Shown: piece by piece, positions 35,260-49,967 of the stretch
Position numbering within the stretch: the stretch's first letter is position 1
How the letters are laid out: every line of letters begins with the position of its first letter
Origin: Macrostomum lignano
Taxonomy: Eukaryota
Direction of reading: 5' to 3'
DNA length: 64,000 nucleotides
Assembly: GCA_002269645.1 (NCBI GenBank)
Contig: NIVC01001072.1
Span: 299,921-363,920, forward strand
Notes under the pieces: model-generated
What the model was told of the DNA's origin: nothing
Database searches by the model: none
Seen by the model: only the letters and a program-made list of their open reading frames with translations
Made by a program: the position numbers and the translations under genes

Positions 35260-35532
35260 TGAAGTGCATAGCAAATGCACTTAATAATTGTAGCCCATAC
35301 TCGTACTTTGCAAGTTTCGTCCCCTTTTTTTACGTACTAACTGTAGTAGTCCCATTCACTTATGTCTATGACCACGACCTTAAAGCCCTCGTATTGCCTC
35401 CCCCCGAGCGCGTCTTCTCTCTAAGTTTTTCTTCGGCCCAAAGCTTTCGTAATCGCATGACAAATAAAAAGCAATATCAGCCATAAGAGATAATCTGCAA
35501 CAAGACAAATACATCGGTTACCAGACACAACA
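35260..35532 (+). mobile_element. 3' LTR of the Gypsy element, preceded by a polypurine tract (35248-35257)
   Basis: ggagggggga PPT, TG start, AATAAA near 35464, CA end, after which the Helitron sequence resumes (aaacc...). Confidence 0.7.
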
Positions 35533-37407
35533 AAACCATAAATGAATTGGCCTGTCAAACATAAAAGACTCATCGAGGAATGTCAAAGCTCATGGGGGGT
35601 ATCTGAATTATACTGTAGCTCAATGCTCAGGGGGAATTGTTGTGATTGCAACACTTAGGATTATTAGGGAAATTTTGTGGCTAAAAATGAGTTGCTGAGA
35701 TATCAAGGCTCATTGGGGAATCGCTGAGATGTCAAAGCTTACGGGGCATCCCTGTAATGCTGTGGGCTGTGACTCTTGGGTATTGCTGAGATGCCAAGGT
35801 TCACAGGGGAATGGCTGAGATTTCAAAGGCTCCTAAAGGGAATAGCTGAAATTCAGGAAATGTCAAGGTTCATTGGGTAATTGTTGAAATGCTGTGGTTC
35901 ATAGTGGGAAAAGCTGAAATGCTGTGACTTGGCAGGGTTAGGGTTCAATCATAAGACTCGTGTGAAAGTGCCAAGGTATCAAAAGGTTAGTCCCTCAATT
36001 TTCTTGCTCATGGGAAATTGCTAAGATTTCAAAAGCTCATTGGGAAATTTCTGAAATTCTTGGGCTGAGAGGGAGTTGCTGAAATGCTGTGACTCGGCTG
36101 CAGTTAAGGGTTAGGGTTTCGGTTCAATTATAGAGCGATCGTCGTGTCAATCATAAATGATTCATCAAGGAATTGCTCAGATTAAAGTCTTTGGGGGCGA
36201 ATTACCTAAATGCTTTGGCTCTTCGATAATTGCTAACAGGTCAAGGCTTTCAGTGAAATTTAGATTTTAAAGCTTATGAGGAAGTTACTTTAATGCTGAG
36301 GCTCAAGGCTCATGAGGGGGAATAGCTAACATGCCGAGACTCACTTATGGGTTAGGGTAAGTGGCTTAGGGTCAGTTTTGGTTCAATCATAGATTAACCA
36401 CTGTCAACCATCAATTAAAGAGTTGCTAAGATGAGAATTGCTATATTGCTTGATATCGTAGGATATCAAGGCTCATGTGCGGAATCGCTGAGTTGACAAG
36501 GATCATGAAGAAATTGCTGAGATATCAAGGCTCATAAAGGAATTGCTGAATTCTTGAAGGAGGGGAGTTGAGTTGTTGGGATGTCAAGGCTTACTGGGCT
36601 GGGAGAATTGCGTAGATGTCAAGGCTCGAGTTTAATTGCTGCGATGTCGATCTTAATGAGGGATTTTCTGAAATTTCAAGGCTTACTGAGGGAATTATTT
36701 AGATTTCAAGGCTTACTGGGGGATTGCTAAGATGTCAAGGCTTACTGCGCGAATTGCGTAGGTTTCAAGGCTCGAGTTTTATTGCTGCGATGTCGATGCT
36801 TAATAAGGGAATTTCTGAGATGTCAAGGCCTACTGGGGAATTGCTGAGATATCAAGGCTCATGGGGGATGGCTGAATTGTTGGGGGGAGGGGGTTAGGTT
36901 GTTGAGCGATTGTCAGATTGTCAAGTAGGACGGCTCAAGTAGCTCATTTAATTCAGATAATGAGTGATGCAAACACACAAGTGATGCTGCTTTTTGCTAA
37001 TAGGAAATATCAGCGTTTTTATTAAAGGTTTGATTCTCTGAGTTAGGCTAATAAAGAGGGGTCTAAGGCCGTCAGGGATTTACACATTGAGCTCCTGCTG
37101 CGGACCAGAATATGCCCAGGCCAATGACGATATGCACAAAGAGTTTGTGCTTGAAAGGATAGGCATTATTCGCTGATTGAGAAAGGGTTTTAGGCTGATG
37201 TCGGAAACTTTTTTGGCTGGTAAAAGTTTTGATTCATGGCAATTTATCTTTGCCAAAAATCAAAAAAAGTAATTTTTGATGAATGGATATCAAAATTTTG
37301 GATAATTAGTAAGGTTATATACTCTTGGGCCAAAATAAAAACCACTTTCATTTTAAATGCTGGGGGTGTCATTTTTAAGGCCCCCCAGCGGGGGGCTAAA
37401 TGGCTAG

Positions 37408-40400
37408 TCTAAATATACTAAATCTCTAAGGTTTGTATGTCCATAACGCTCTAGAGATCGCAATTCTTCACCGATTTTGATCGCGTTTTCGCCAAAAGAT
37501 TTAAAATTGTCTGGAAAGAAGACGGTTAAAATTTCTTTAATCTGCTTCAATGCTAAAGGGATTAAATATTCGAAAAACTTGCTTTTTTGCAAAGGTCAAG
37601 CAGCTCTTTCGACTTGAAATGCGCTGTAAGAATGCTAGAGAAAAAACCGACTGACTGAATTCTGATTTTGATAAAGATTGCATCACAACAAGTTGAAAAC
37701 ACTGTGCCAAGTTGAAAGACAGAAATTGCGTAACCATATTGCTAACTTTAATTGAGACTGATGCTGACTGCCTGAGTATTTGATTATGTCATAGCTGCTT
37801 CGTGTGACTTTCACTCGAAGAGAATTTGTGTTAGTATTCGTGTAACGTTCTAGAGATAGAACCATTGACCAATTTTAATCGCGTTTTTACGAAAAGATTT
37901 GTAATTATCTGGAAAGAAGACAGTTGAAATTTCTTTAATCGGCTTTAATGCTAAAGGTATTAAATATTCGAAAAACGAGTTTTCCCAATGCTTTTAATGG
38001 TAGGGCAAACTAGGTTGAATTCTTGACTGGACTGGCTGAATTCCAATTCCAATTATGATTGCGCCATAACTTTTCTCTCTCCACTGTGTAAGCTTCAATA
38101 CTGGTTGCAGTGTGCAAGGAGAGAAAATGCTCAGTGGCTGCGTGTGTACATTCTGACCCTGGCTCTGACTGGCGGACTCCATAGAAAATTGCTATTTATA
38201 GATTTCACTCAATCAACTGTGCATTGGCTCCGCCTGCACGCCTACACACTGAGCAGCCTATCACTGCTATGTATTTTAACTGCAGTTCTGAAGCATATAT
38301 GGCTGATTTTGTTGTCCTCCCATCAATAGGCGGAGTAGCCGCAGTGTAGGCACTTAGGACTAGGTTTAGGCTAGACGTAAGGTCCAAGGTTCGAGTCTGC
38401 CTCCCCGGCGGATAATAAAAATTCAAATAATTCAATAATTTATAGCTTGTGCCTGGACTAATTGAAACATTTTTTATTTAATTTCAATTGAAACATTTTT
38501 TTATTAATTAGCAATTCATTTTTTGCTACTCGGCACAAGCCACTAATCAAATTTGATTTGTAAAAACTGCTTCGAGTATAACTGATCCCATCAATGGGTA
38601 TTGTCTAGCTCCATAAAAGTACGAAATTACTAAACTGCAGACAATGCTGCTAAATGCTGAGCTTTTCAAGACTGCCGATATGTATCGAAAATTGATTAGT
38701 GAGCCGTACAATTCTGAGCAAATTGCAGTTTGCAGAGGAGACTGAGGAGCCGGCCGAGAGGAGAACTGCAGGCTGCTGAGAGAATGAATGAAAATCGTTA
38801 ATGGTACAGTTTTAGACTGAAAATGAAATGACTGCAGACTGCTGAGGGGAACTGCAGACTGTCGAAGGGATCATTGCAGATTGCAAAGGGGAAACAACTG
38901 CAAACTGCTGAGGTAGTTCCTCCAGACGTATGAGTGTATAGCTGTAGACTGCTGAGAGGGAAACTGCGGACTAATTGGATGATAATGGCAGACTTCTGAG
39001 GCTAATAACTAACTATTGAGTTTTGAGTGGATATTTACTGTGGAAGATTAAGTACAAGTTGTTTAGGGGATTTCTGCGGCTGCTAAGTGAACTATTTTTG
39101 GCTAAGGGGACAATTCTATGCCGCTGAGGGTATGCATTCTTAATTTTAATAAAAGTTTTAAAATGCAAAGTGGATGATAAATGCCGGCTGCTAAGAAATA
39201 ACTGCAGTCTTTTTGCGGGATTAGATGAAGGGATAATTTCAGGTTGTTGTGGGGATAAATGCCGATTTCCGGGGGTTAACTTCAAACGGCTAAAGTTGCT
39301 AAACTAGATTATTTCGACCACATGTCAATAGGCACAATAGCCGCAGTAGGCAGGCAGTATCAAGCAGAAGCAAACAGAATGCTTTGATGTCAGCAGTTCG
39401 AGCCTGCATTGAAGCAGCGAATTTATCTTTGTGACCTGTGACAATAATGATTGCATCCTATGCAGATTCATGGAGATGGTAAACACTTAAATTTAAAGAT
39501 ACTTTTGCTGGGGCTGCGTTAGTCTTCTAGAGCAGTGCTAATCTGCTGTAAGTGCTAATTTGCAAAGGGTCTAATCTGGGTGAGCAGTGCTAATCTGATG
39601 TACAATGAAGTAATAAATATGCAAGAGAATTGCAAATCAATTTTAAACTGCAAGTTGCAAACATTTCAAATGGTTTCGATTATTGAGAAGCATATGGAGA
39701 TCAGTGGCCATCTGCTCCCAGATTTTGCGGAACAGTGCCGGTGAACCATTGCTAAACTGCTGGTGAACCATTGCTAAATTGCTGGTGAACCATCGCTAAA
39801 GTGATGGTAAACCATTGCTAAAGTGATGGTAAACCACTGTAAGTTTTTAATAAATGCTACTTTAAACAGAAGAAAACTCAACACAAGAAAAAGCGACAAA
39901 AGAATCATCATGTCAACCATAAAAGAAGCGGTCTGTCGAGAATAAAATACTCAATGTGAATTGCTAAGATGTCAAGGCTGGTATGGAAAATTTCTGTGAT
40001 ATCAAGACTCATGGGAGAATTTCTAAGATCTCAAGGCTCAGCGGTAATTGCTATAATGATGTGATTCTGGGGAGAATTGCTTTGATTTCAAAGCTTAAGT
40101 TCAATTGCTGCGATGTCGATCTTAATGAGGGAATTTCTGAGATGTCAAGGCTTACTGGGGAATTATTGAGATTTCAAGGCTTACTGGGCCATGGGCCAGA
40201 TCAAGGCCCATGAGAGAAATTCTGAGATGTCTTGTCAAGTCTCAGAGGGAAATTTCTATACTGATGTGATTCTGGGCAGAATTGCTTTGATTTCAAATTC
40301 CATTTGAGAAATTTCTGAGGTATCAAGGCTCATTAAAATTATTTGCTGTCAAGGCTCATGGAAATAATTTCTGGAATGCTGTGGCTCTTGAGGGAATTGC

Positions 40401-42585
40401 CGACATTGTTAGGGTAAGAGTAAGACGTAAACCATATAAATGAATAGGCCTGTCTAACATTAAATACTCATTGGGGAATTGCTAAGTTGTAAAGGCTCGT
40501 GGGGGGATATCCGAATTATAATGTGGCTCAATGCTCAGGGGGATTGTTGTGATTGCAGCACCTGCTCATAATGCCGAAATTTTGTGGCTCAAATAGGAGT
40601 TGCTGAGATATCAAGGCTCATTGGGGAATAGCTGAGATTTCAAAGCTCACGGGGGATCCCTGTAATGCTGTAGGCTGTGACTTTTGGGTATTGCTGAGAT
40701 GCTAAGGTTCACGGGGAATGACTGAGATTTCAAAGGCTCCTAAAGCGAATGGCTGAAATTCACGAAATGTCAAGGTTCATTGGGTATTTGTTGAAATGCT
40801 GTGGTTTACGGTGGGAATTGCTGAAATGCTGTGACTTGGCAGGGTTAGTTTTCAACCATAAGACTCATGTGAAAGTGCCAAGATATCAAAAGGTTAGTCG
40901 CTAAAGTTTCATGCTCATGGGAAAATTGCTAAGATTTCAAAAGCTCATTGGGGAATTGCTGAAATTCTTGGGCTGAGAGGGGGAGTTGCTGAAATGCTGT
41001 GACTCGGCTGCAGGTTAAGGGTTAGGGTTTGAGTTTAATTATAGAGGATCGTCGTGTCAATCATAAATGATTCATCAAGGAATTTCAAAGATTAAAGGGG
41101 CGAATTAGTTATATGCTTTGGCTCTTAGGGAATTGCTGACAGTTCAAGGCTTTCGGTGAAATTTAGATTTCAAAGCTTATGAGGAAGTTACTTAAATGCT
41201 CAGGCTCAAGGCTCACGGGGGAGATTGCTAACATGCCAAGACTCACTTATGGGTTAGGGTTAGGGGCTTAGGGTCAGTTTTGGTTCAATCATAGAATAAC
41301 CACTCTGTTAACCATCAACTAAAGACTTGCTAAGATGGGAGTTGCTAAGATATCAAAGCTCATGAATGGAATCGCTGAGTTGACAAGGCTTATGAAGAAA
41401 TTGCAGAGATATCAAGGCTCATAAGGGGATTGCTGAATTCTTGGGGGAGCGGAGTTGGGTTGTTGGGATGTCAAGGCTTACTCAGCTGAGAGAACTGCGT
41501 AGATGTCAAGGCTCGAGTTTAATTGCTGCGATGTCGATGCTTAATGGGGGAACTGCTGAGATGTCAAGTCTTACTGGGAATTGCTAAGATGTCAAGTCTT
41601 ACTGGGAATTGCTAAGATGTCAAGTCTTACTGGGAATTGCTAAAATGTGAAGGCTTTCTGGGGGAATGCTGAGATTTCAAGGCTTACTGGGGAAATGCTT
41701 AGATTTCAAGGCTTACTGGGGGAATTCCTCAGATGTCAAGGCTTATTGGGGGAATTGCTGAGATGTTAAGGCTTACTGGGGGGATTGTAGCGATTTCAAG
41801 GCTTACTGCGGCAATTGCTAAGATGTGAATTCTTTCTGGGGGAATTGCTAAGATTTCAAGGCTTACTGGGAGAATCGCTGAGATGTCAATGCTTACTGGG
41901 GGAATTGCTGAGATCTCGAGGCTTCTCAGCAATTCTTAGCAAGTATTAGCAATTGTTAGCTAAGTATTCTTAGCAATTCTTAGCAATTCTTGTCAAGGCT
42001 TACTTGGGGAATTGCTGAGATTTCAAGGCTTACTGGGGGGAATTGTTAAGATGACAAGGCTTACTGGGGGGAATTGCTAAGATGACAAGGCTCATGGATG
42101 ATGGCTGAATTGTTAGGGGTGTTAGGTTGTTGGGCGATTGTCAGATAGTCAGGTAGTACGGCTGAAGTAGCTCATGTAGTTCAGATATTGAAATAGTACA
42201 CACAAGTGATGCTGATTTCTGCTAATAGGAAATACCAGCGCATTTATTAAAGGTTTCATTCTTTGATTTAGGCTAATTAAAAGAGAGGGTCTAAGGCCGT
42301 CAGTGATTTGCATATTTGCTGCGGATAAGAATATGCCCCGGCCAGCGACGATATGCACTAAGAGTTTGTGCTTGAAAGGATCAGCACTATTTGCTGATTG
42401 AGAAAGGGTTTTTGGCTGATGAAAGTTCTGATTCATGGCAATTTATTTTTGCCAAAATGAGAAAAGGTAATATTTTATTAATGGAAATCAACATTTTGGA
42501 TAATTATAGTAAGGTTACTCTTGTGTCAAAATAAAAACCAATTGGTGTCATTTTAGGGCTCCCCAGCGGGGGGCTAAATGGCTAG
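37408..42585 (+). mobile_element. Long non-autonomous Helitron, copy B (5178 bp, no insertions)
   Basis: Starts TC immediately after copy A's CTAG; ends gctcccc-agc-ggggggc taaatgg CTAG followed by T. Confidence 0.78.
39950..42110. repeat. Degenerate ~30-bp repeat region (ggggaattgctgagatttcaaggcttactg) internal to the Helitron; counterpart at ~32850-33130 and 35540-36900
   Basis: Most regular at 41540-42090. Confidence 0.8.
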
Positions 42586-44009
42586 TACTATACTAATTAC
42601 GAGACATTTTTATGGTCGCTTAATTAATAAAGTTTCCGTCGTTAGTTGCCCGATAGAAAACCGCATGTGGCTCTCTAGGCGGAGTTTGCCGACCTCGTAT
42701 ATAAATTCAAAATTTATTTTAGCTATAATAACACGCTCCTAGTAAAGATCCTTGTGTACAAGTGTACATGCCTCTGTACTGACGTCCTTTCTTCTACAGT
42801 GAGCCTTACCATGCAATGATGATCAAACACTGCAAGAGTGACTATAAGGAATTAGATATGCTTTGATTTATATACATGTAAATACATGCATGGTTTCTTA
42901 AGTTTTTCACCCATGTACCATATGCACGCACTGGTCTAAAAAGGGGATGATGCGATCAGGCCAGGGAAAGAAGCCAAATGGATTTGAAGGGAAGTTAACC
43001 ACCCCAACAGAGGCAAACATTGGCCCATTAGCTCGTCTATAGCTACTAGGAGATGAAGCACAGCTAGAGATTGCAGAAATCAGCATACTGTAGAACAAGA
43101 GAGGCGACCATATGAGTTGCACTGAAGGGGATTTGCTTGACCACTTGCCCGTGCTGTGTGCGTAGGAGTGTGGGTTAAGGAAGTGCAAATATTCCCCACA
43201 AACAGCAGTGCGGATCCTCTCTCTCTGGTCCAAACGAGCATGTGCTCCAACTATATGAGGATTTAACGCAGCGATGCTGCATGTTCGCTGTCAGATTGTT
43301 CTCATCTCTCCTCTCTTTCCCCTCACCACTGAAAGCCCGCGCGATCGAGATGCTGTCTTCATTCTTCATCTGCACATGCCGTGACCAGGCGGAAGTCGCC
43401 TGCCAAACAAAAATCCTTGCAATCCTGCAATCTTTGGGATTTTTTTAGTTTAAAAAAGGAAGTTTATTAGTGGATACTGCAAGCAAGTCCTCCTGTTCTC
43501 CCCACCAAATATTCTCAAATTCATTTCTTATCTGTTAAAAATCTTACCTGGATTTTTTCTTCCCCATTTTAACTTCCCATAGGCTTAAAAGCCGAATTGA
43601 GTTAGAAAAATGGAGCACACACAGGTTAGGAAGCCATGGGATGATTCTTTCTTTAGACAGTTCAGATAAGTCACGACAAGTCCCGGCTTGTCTGGTCAAA
43701 AATTTTAATTAAAAAGTCATTTAATTTTGTCACGAAATACGGCGGGGCATTCAAAATCTTACAATCTAATTGAGCCCACGAGCTCAGAAAGCAAGCATGA
43801 GCGCTGGTGTCGAAATTCATTTGGATAGAAAAAATCCACAGGCACGATTTTAGCGGCAAACTTAATTTCGTTTAACTTCAGTGCAGTCAGTTAGTAATTT
43901 AGTTCTCTAAAATATACTTGACGACGCGCTTCTAACTAATTGTTTTCGAAGAATTGATCTATGGTTGGACTCCGCCTTGAAAACATATAGCCTTTGTAAC
44001 AAGATAAAG

Positions 44010-45075
44010 CCCTCTCCCTCTGTCCCCCTCTCTCTCTCTCTTCTCCCTCCCTCTCTCTCTCACTCTCCCTCTCTCTCTTTCTCTCTCTTTCTCCCCCTCT
44101 CTTTCTCCCCTCTCTTTCTCTCGTTTTCTCTTTCTCTCCCTCTCCCCATCTCTTCTTCTATCTGCCCTCTCCTCCTCTCCCTCTCCCTCTCCCTCTCCCT
44201 CTCTCCCTCTCTCCCTCTCCCTCTCTCCCTCTCTCCCTCTCCCTCTCTCCCTCTCCCTCTCTACCTCTCCCTCTCTCCCTCTGCCTCTCTCCCTCTCCCT
44301 CTCTCCCTCTGCCTCTCTACCTCTCCCTCTCTCCCTCTGCCTCTCTACCTCTCCCTCTCTCCCTCTGCCTCTCTCCCTCTGCCTCTCTCCCTCTCCCTCT
44401 CTCCCTCTCCCTCTCTCCCTCTCCCTCTCTACCTCTGCCTCTCTACCTCTCCCTCTCTCCCTCTGCCTCTCTCCCTCTGCCTCTCTCCCTCTCCCTCTCT
44501 CCCTCTCCCTCTCTCCCTCTGCCTCTCTCCCTCTGCCTCTCTCCCTCTCCCTCTCTCCCTCTCCCTCTCTCCCTCTGCCTCTCTCCCTCTCCCTCTCTCC
44601 CTCTCCCTCTCTCCCTCTGCCTCTCTCCCTCTCCCTCTCTCCATCTGCCTCTCTACCTCTCCCTCTCTCCTTCTGCCTCTCTACCTCTCCCCCTATCCCT
44701 CTCCCTCTCCCTCTCCCTCTCTCCCTCTCCCTCTCTCCTCTGCCTCTCTCCCTCTCCCTCTCTCCCTCTCCCTCTCTCCCTCTGCCTCTCTCCCTCTCCC
44801 TCTCTCCCTCTGCCTCTCTACCTCTCCCTCTCTCCCTCTGCCTCTCTACCTCTCCCTCTCTCCCTCTGCCTCTCTACCTCTCCCTCTCTCCTTCACTCCC
44901 TCTCCCTCCCCCACTCTCTCCCTCTGCCTCTCTCCCTCTCCCTCTCTTCCTCTGCCTCTCTACCTCTCCCTCTCTCCTTCACTCCCTCTCCCTCCCCCAC
45001 TCTCTCCCTCAGCCTCCCTCTATGCTTTCGCTCCCCCTCTCTGCTCTCTCCCTTCTCCCTCTCTTCATCTTCTCC
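44010..45075. repeat. CT-rich low-complexity array (ctctccctct[c/g]cct)
   Basis: Read directly. Confidence 0.93.
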
Positions 45076-45562
45076 TATTTTATGAACACCTGTAGCAGAC
45101 AATTCCGCAAAATGTGACAGCAATTTCCTGGAAAAGCAAATCAAACGCCCTTTTGCAAAAGCTGCACCGGTCACTTGAAAATTTCAGTTCGAAAAAAGTG
45201 CTTTGTCCACAATCTCAGCATTGAAGTCTGGACCATCCAGACGAAAAAACATTTTACAAATCCGAAAAATATGAGAAGGAAAAAAACCACGAGGGCTGAA
45301 GAGGGGAAACAGAAGCAGAAGATAATGCTTCTAGCGAGGCTCCCGTCTCACAGCAATGCTGAGCTGGGCAGATAAGAAGATAAGAAAGAAATTTATGGGC
45401 TTAAGGGCAGTCAATTCGTAGCACTTTGATGCAGCATCTTGCGTCCAGTTCCCATATTCTAGCCAACTCAACTTGTGAAGCCGAGCCCAGACTCAATTGA
45501 GCTCGTAAAGGAAACCTTATCTATTTATTAGCCTCAACACTAAGTACAGCAACTCCTGTCTA

Positions 45563-47760
<2,198 letters not shown>

Positions 47761-48099
47761 TCTATCCATCTATCCTGCTTCTCATGGCGCACTCTGCTCA
47801 CCCGGGTTATTGCACTGCTGGCATCCCTCGTCACCCATCAGCTCCATCAGTGGGCATAACTGTGTTATCTCGGCCCGCTAAACTCCCTAAATTGCTTTCT
47901 GAACGCTTGCCGCAAAGAACTGGCCAACGGCAGACTCAAGCGGTGGCTGCGACTCGGATGAGATTAACCGGATTTCTCCTCGGCTGGAGAGTCCAAACGG
48001 TAGTTGAAATTAAATCAAGGATATCATGATAAGCGAAGGGTTAAAGGATTCAGTGCTGAAAAGTTTTCGTTGAAGCTCTAAAGTTCTTTTTGATCAATT

Positions 48100-49335
48100 C
48101 AGTGTCTATAGAATGTCTATTCAGTATCTATAAAATGTCTATTCAGTGTCTATAGAATGTCTATTCAGTGTCTATAGAATGTCTATTCAGTGTCTATAGA
48201 ATGTCTATTCAGTGTCTATAGAATGTCAATTCAGGGTCTATTCAGGGTCTATTCAGGGTCTATTAAGTGTCTATAGAATGTCTATTTAGGGTCTATTCAG
48301 TGTCTATAGAATGTCTATTTAGGGTCTATTCAGGGTCTATTCAGGGTCTATTCAGGGTCTATTCAGGGTATATTCAGTATCTATTGAATGTCTAATTCAA
48401 TGTCTATGGAATATCAATTCAGTGTCTATAGAATATCTATTCAGTGTCTATAGAATGTCTAGTCAGTGTCTCTAGAGCGTCCGTTCAGATTCTATAGAAT
48501 GTCTATTCAGGGTCTATAAAATATCTATTCAGGGACTATAGAATCTCTATTCAGGGTCTATAAAATATCTATTCAGGGACTATAGAATGTCTATTCAGGG
48601 TCTATAAAATATCTATCTTTAGGGACTATAGGATGTCTTTTCAGTGGCTATAGGGCTTCTATTCAGATTCTATAGAATGCCTATTCAGTGTCTATAGAAT
48701 GTCTATTCAGTGTCTATAGAATGTCTATTCAGTGTCTCTAGAGCGTTCGTTTAGATTCTATAGAATGTCTATTCAGTATCTATAGAATTTCGATTTAGTC
48801 TCTATAGAATATCTATTCAGTGTCTATAGAATGTCTATTCAGTGTCTATAGAGCGTCCGTTCAGATTCTATAGAATGTCTATTCAGTATTTATAGAATGT
48901 CGATGCAGTGTTTTTAGAATGTCTATTCAGTCTATATAGAATGTCTATTCAGTGTCTATAGAGTGTCCGTTCAGATTCTATAGAATGTCTATTCAGTATC
49001 TATAGAATGTCGATGCAGTGTTTTTAGAATGTCTATTCAGTGTCTATAGAATGTCTATTCAGTGTCTATAGAATATCTACTCAGTATTTATAGAATGTAT
49101 ATTCAGTGTCTATAGAATATCTACTCAGTATCTATAGAATGTATATTCAGTGTCTATAGAATATCTACTCAGTATCTATAGAATGTATATTCAGTGTCTA
49201 TAGAATATCTACTCAGTATCTATAGAATGTATATTCAGTGTCTATAGAATGTCTATTCAGTGTCTATTCTGGGTTTATAGAATGTCTATTCATGGTCTAT
49301 AGAATATCCAATCAGTGTCTATAGAGCGTCTATTA
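48100..49335. repeat. 22-bp satellite (tctatagaatgtctattcagtg), degenerate
   Basis: Read directly. Confidence 0.93.
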
Positions 49336-49967
49336 ATTCGTCTATCAAATATCTAATGAAATTATTCAAACGAGCCTGGAACCCCGGCTTGAGTCAGCAA
49401 AATTACATCCAAGGGTTCGGCTCCATGGGGTCTGTTTGCTAACCTGCAAGATCCCCTGACTTTGTCCTGTTTGCCAAAGCCCGCAGTCGGGACGACGAGA
49501 AAAGTCACGGATACTGGGAGATCTCTGCAGCCAAGGGGATAGACTTACTGATGCTCGTGATCCCAGTGCAGGAACAGCTAAGAGGAACCATAGGTAAGAA
49601 TGAGCCTTCAGCTTCTTAGTTGCTTCTTCAAATCCAGAACACTCCTACACTTTACTGTTCCTTTTCCCCATTTTTTTCTCTTCTTCTTTCACAAACAAGA
49701 TTTCTCATGTTTGCTCAAGTTTCTCCCTTGAAGCAGGAAAGTTGAAAGTTTAGCAGTCCTCGGGTGTAAGCCGAAAACTTTATACCTGATTTCTCTATAT
49801 TTCAACTGCAGGTGAGTACCTGAGCCACCTGTGCGTGTCTGTCTGTTTATCAGACTTGAATTATTAAAAAGCAATATATAACAAATTTAAAAGTCCAACT
49901 GTAGATTCCATGGTTAGTTTGATTCAACTCAGATTTTGTTGCTAAGGGGATTCTCGAAGTCATCGAA

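Larger units (their letters stand above)
27743..37407 (+). mobile_element. Long non-autonomous Helitron, copy A (with nested P-like element and Gypsy fragment)
   Basis: Same 5' end as the short units. Ends with hairpin gcccccc-agc-ggggggc (37380-37396), taaatgg, CTAG (37404-37407). Collinear with copy B once the insertions are removed. Confidence 0.75.

Noticed and set aside
45150-45260. RLDGPDFNAEIVDKA (minus strand) as a hAT dimerisation-domain remnant
   Set aside because: Too short, interrupted by a stop, and without supporting motifs or TIRs.
45290-45350. CTGAAGA...GAAAC minimal-hammerhead-like motif
   Set aside because: Stem II cannot close and the cleavage triplet is absent.
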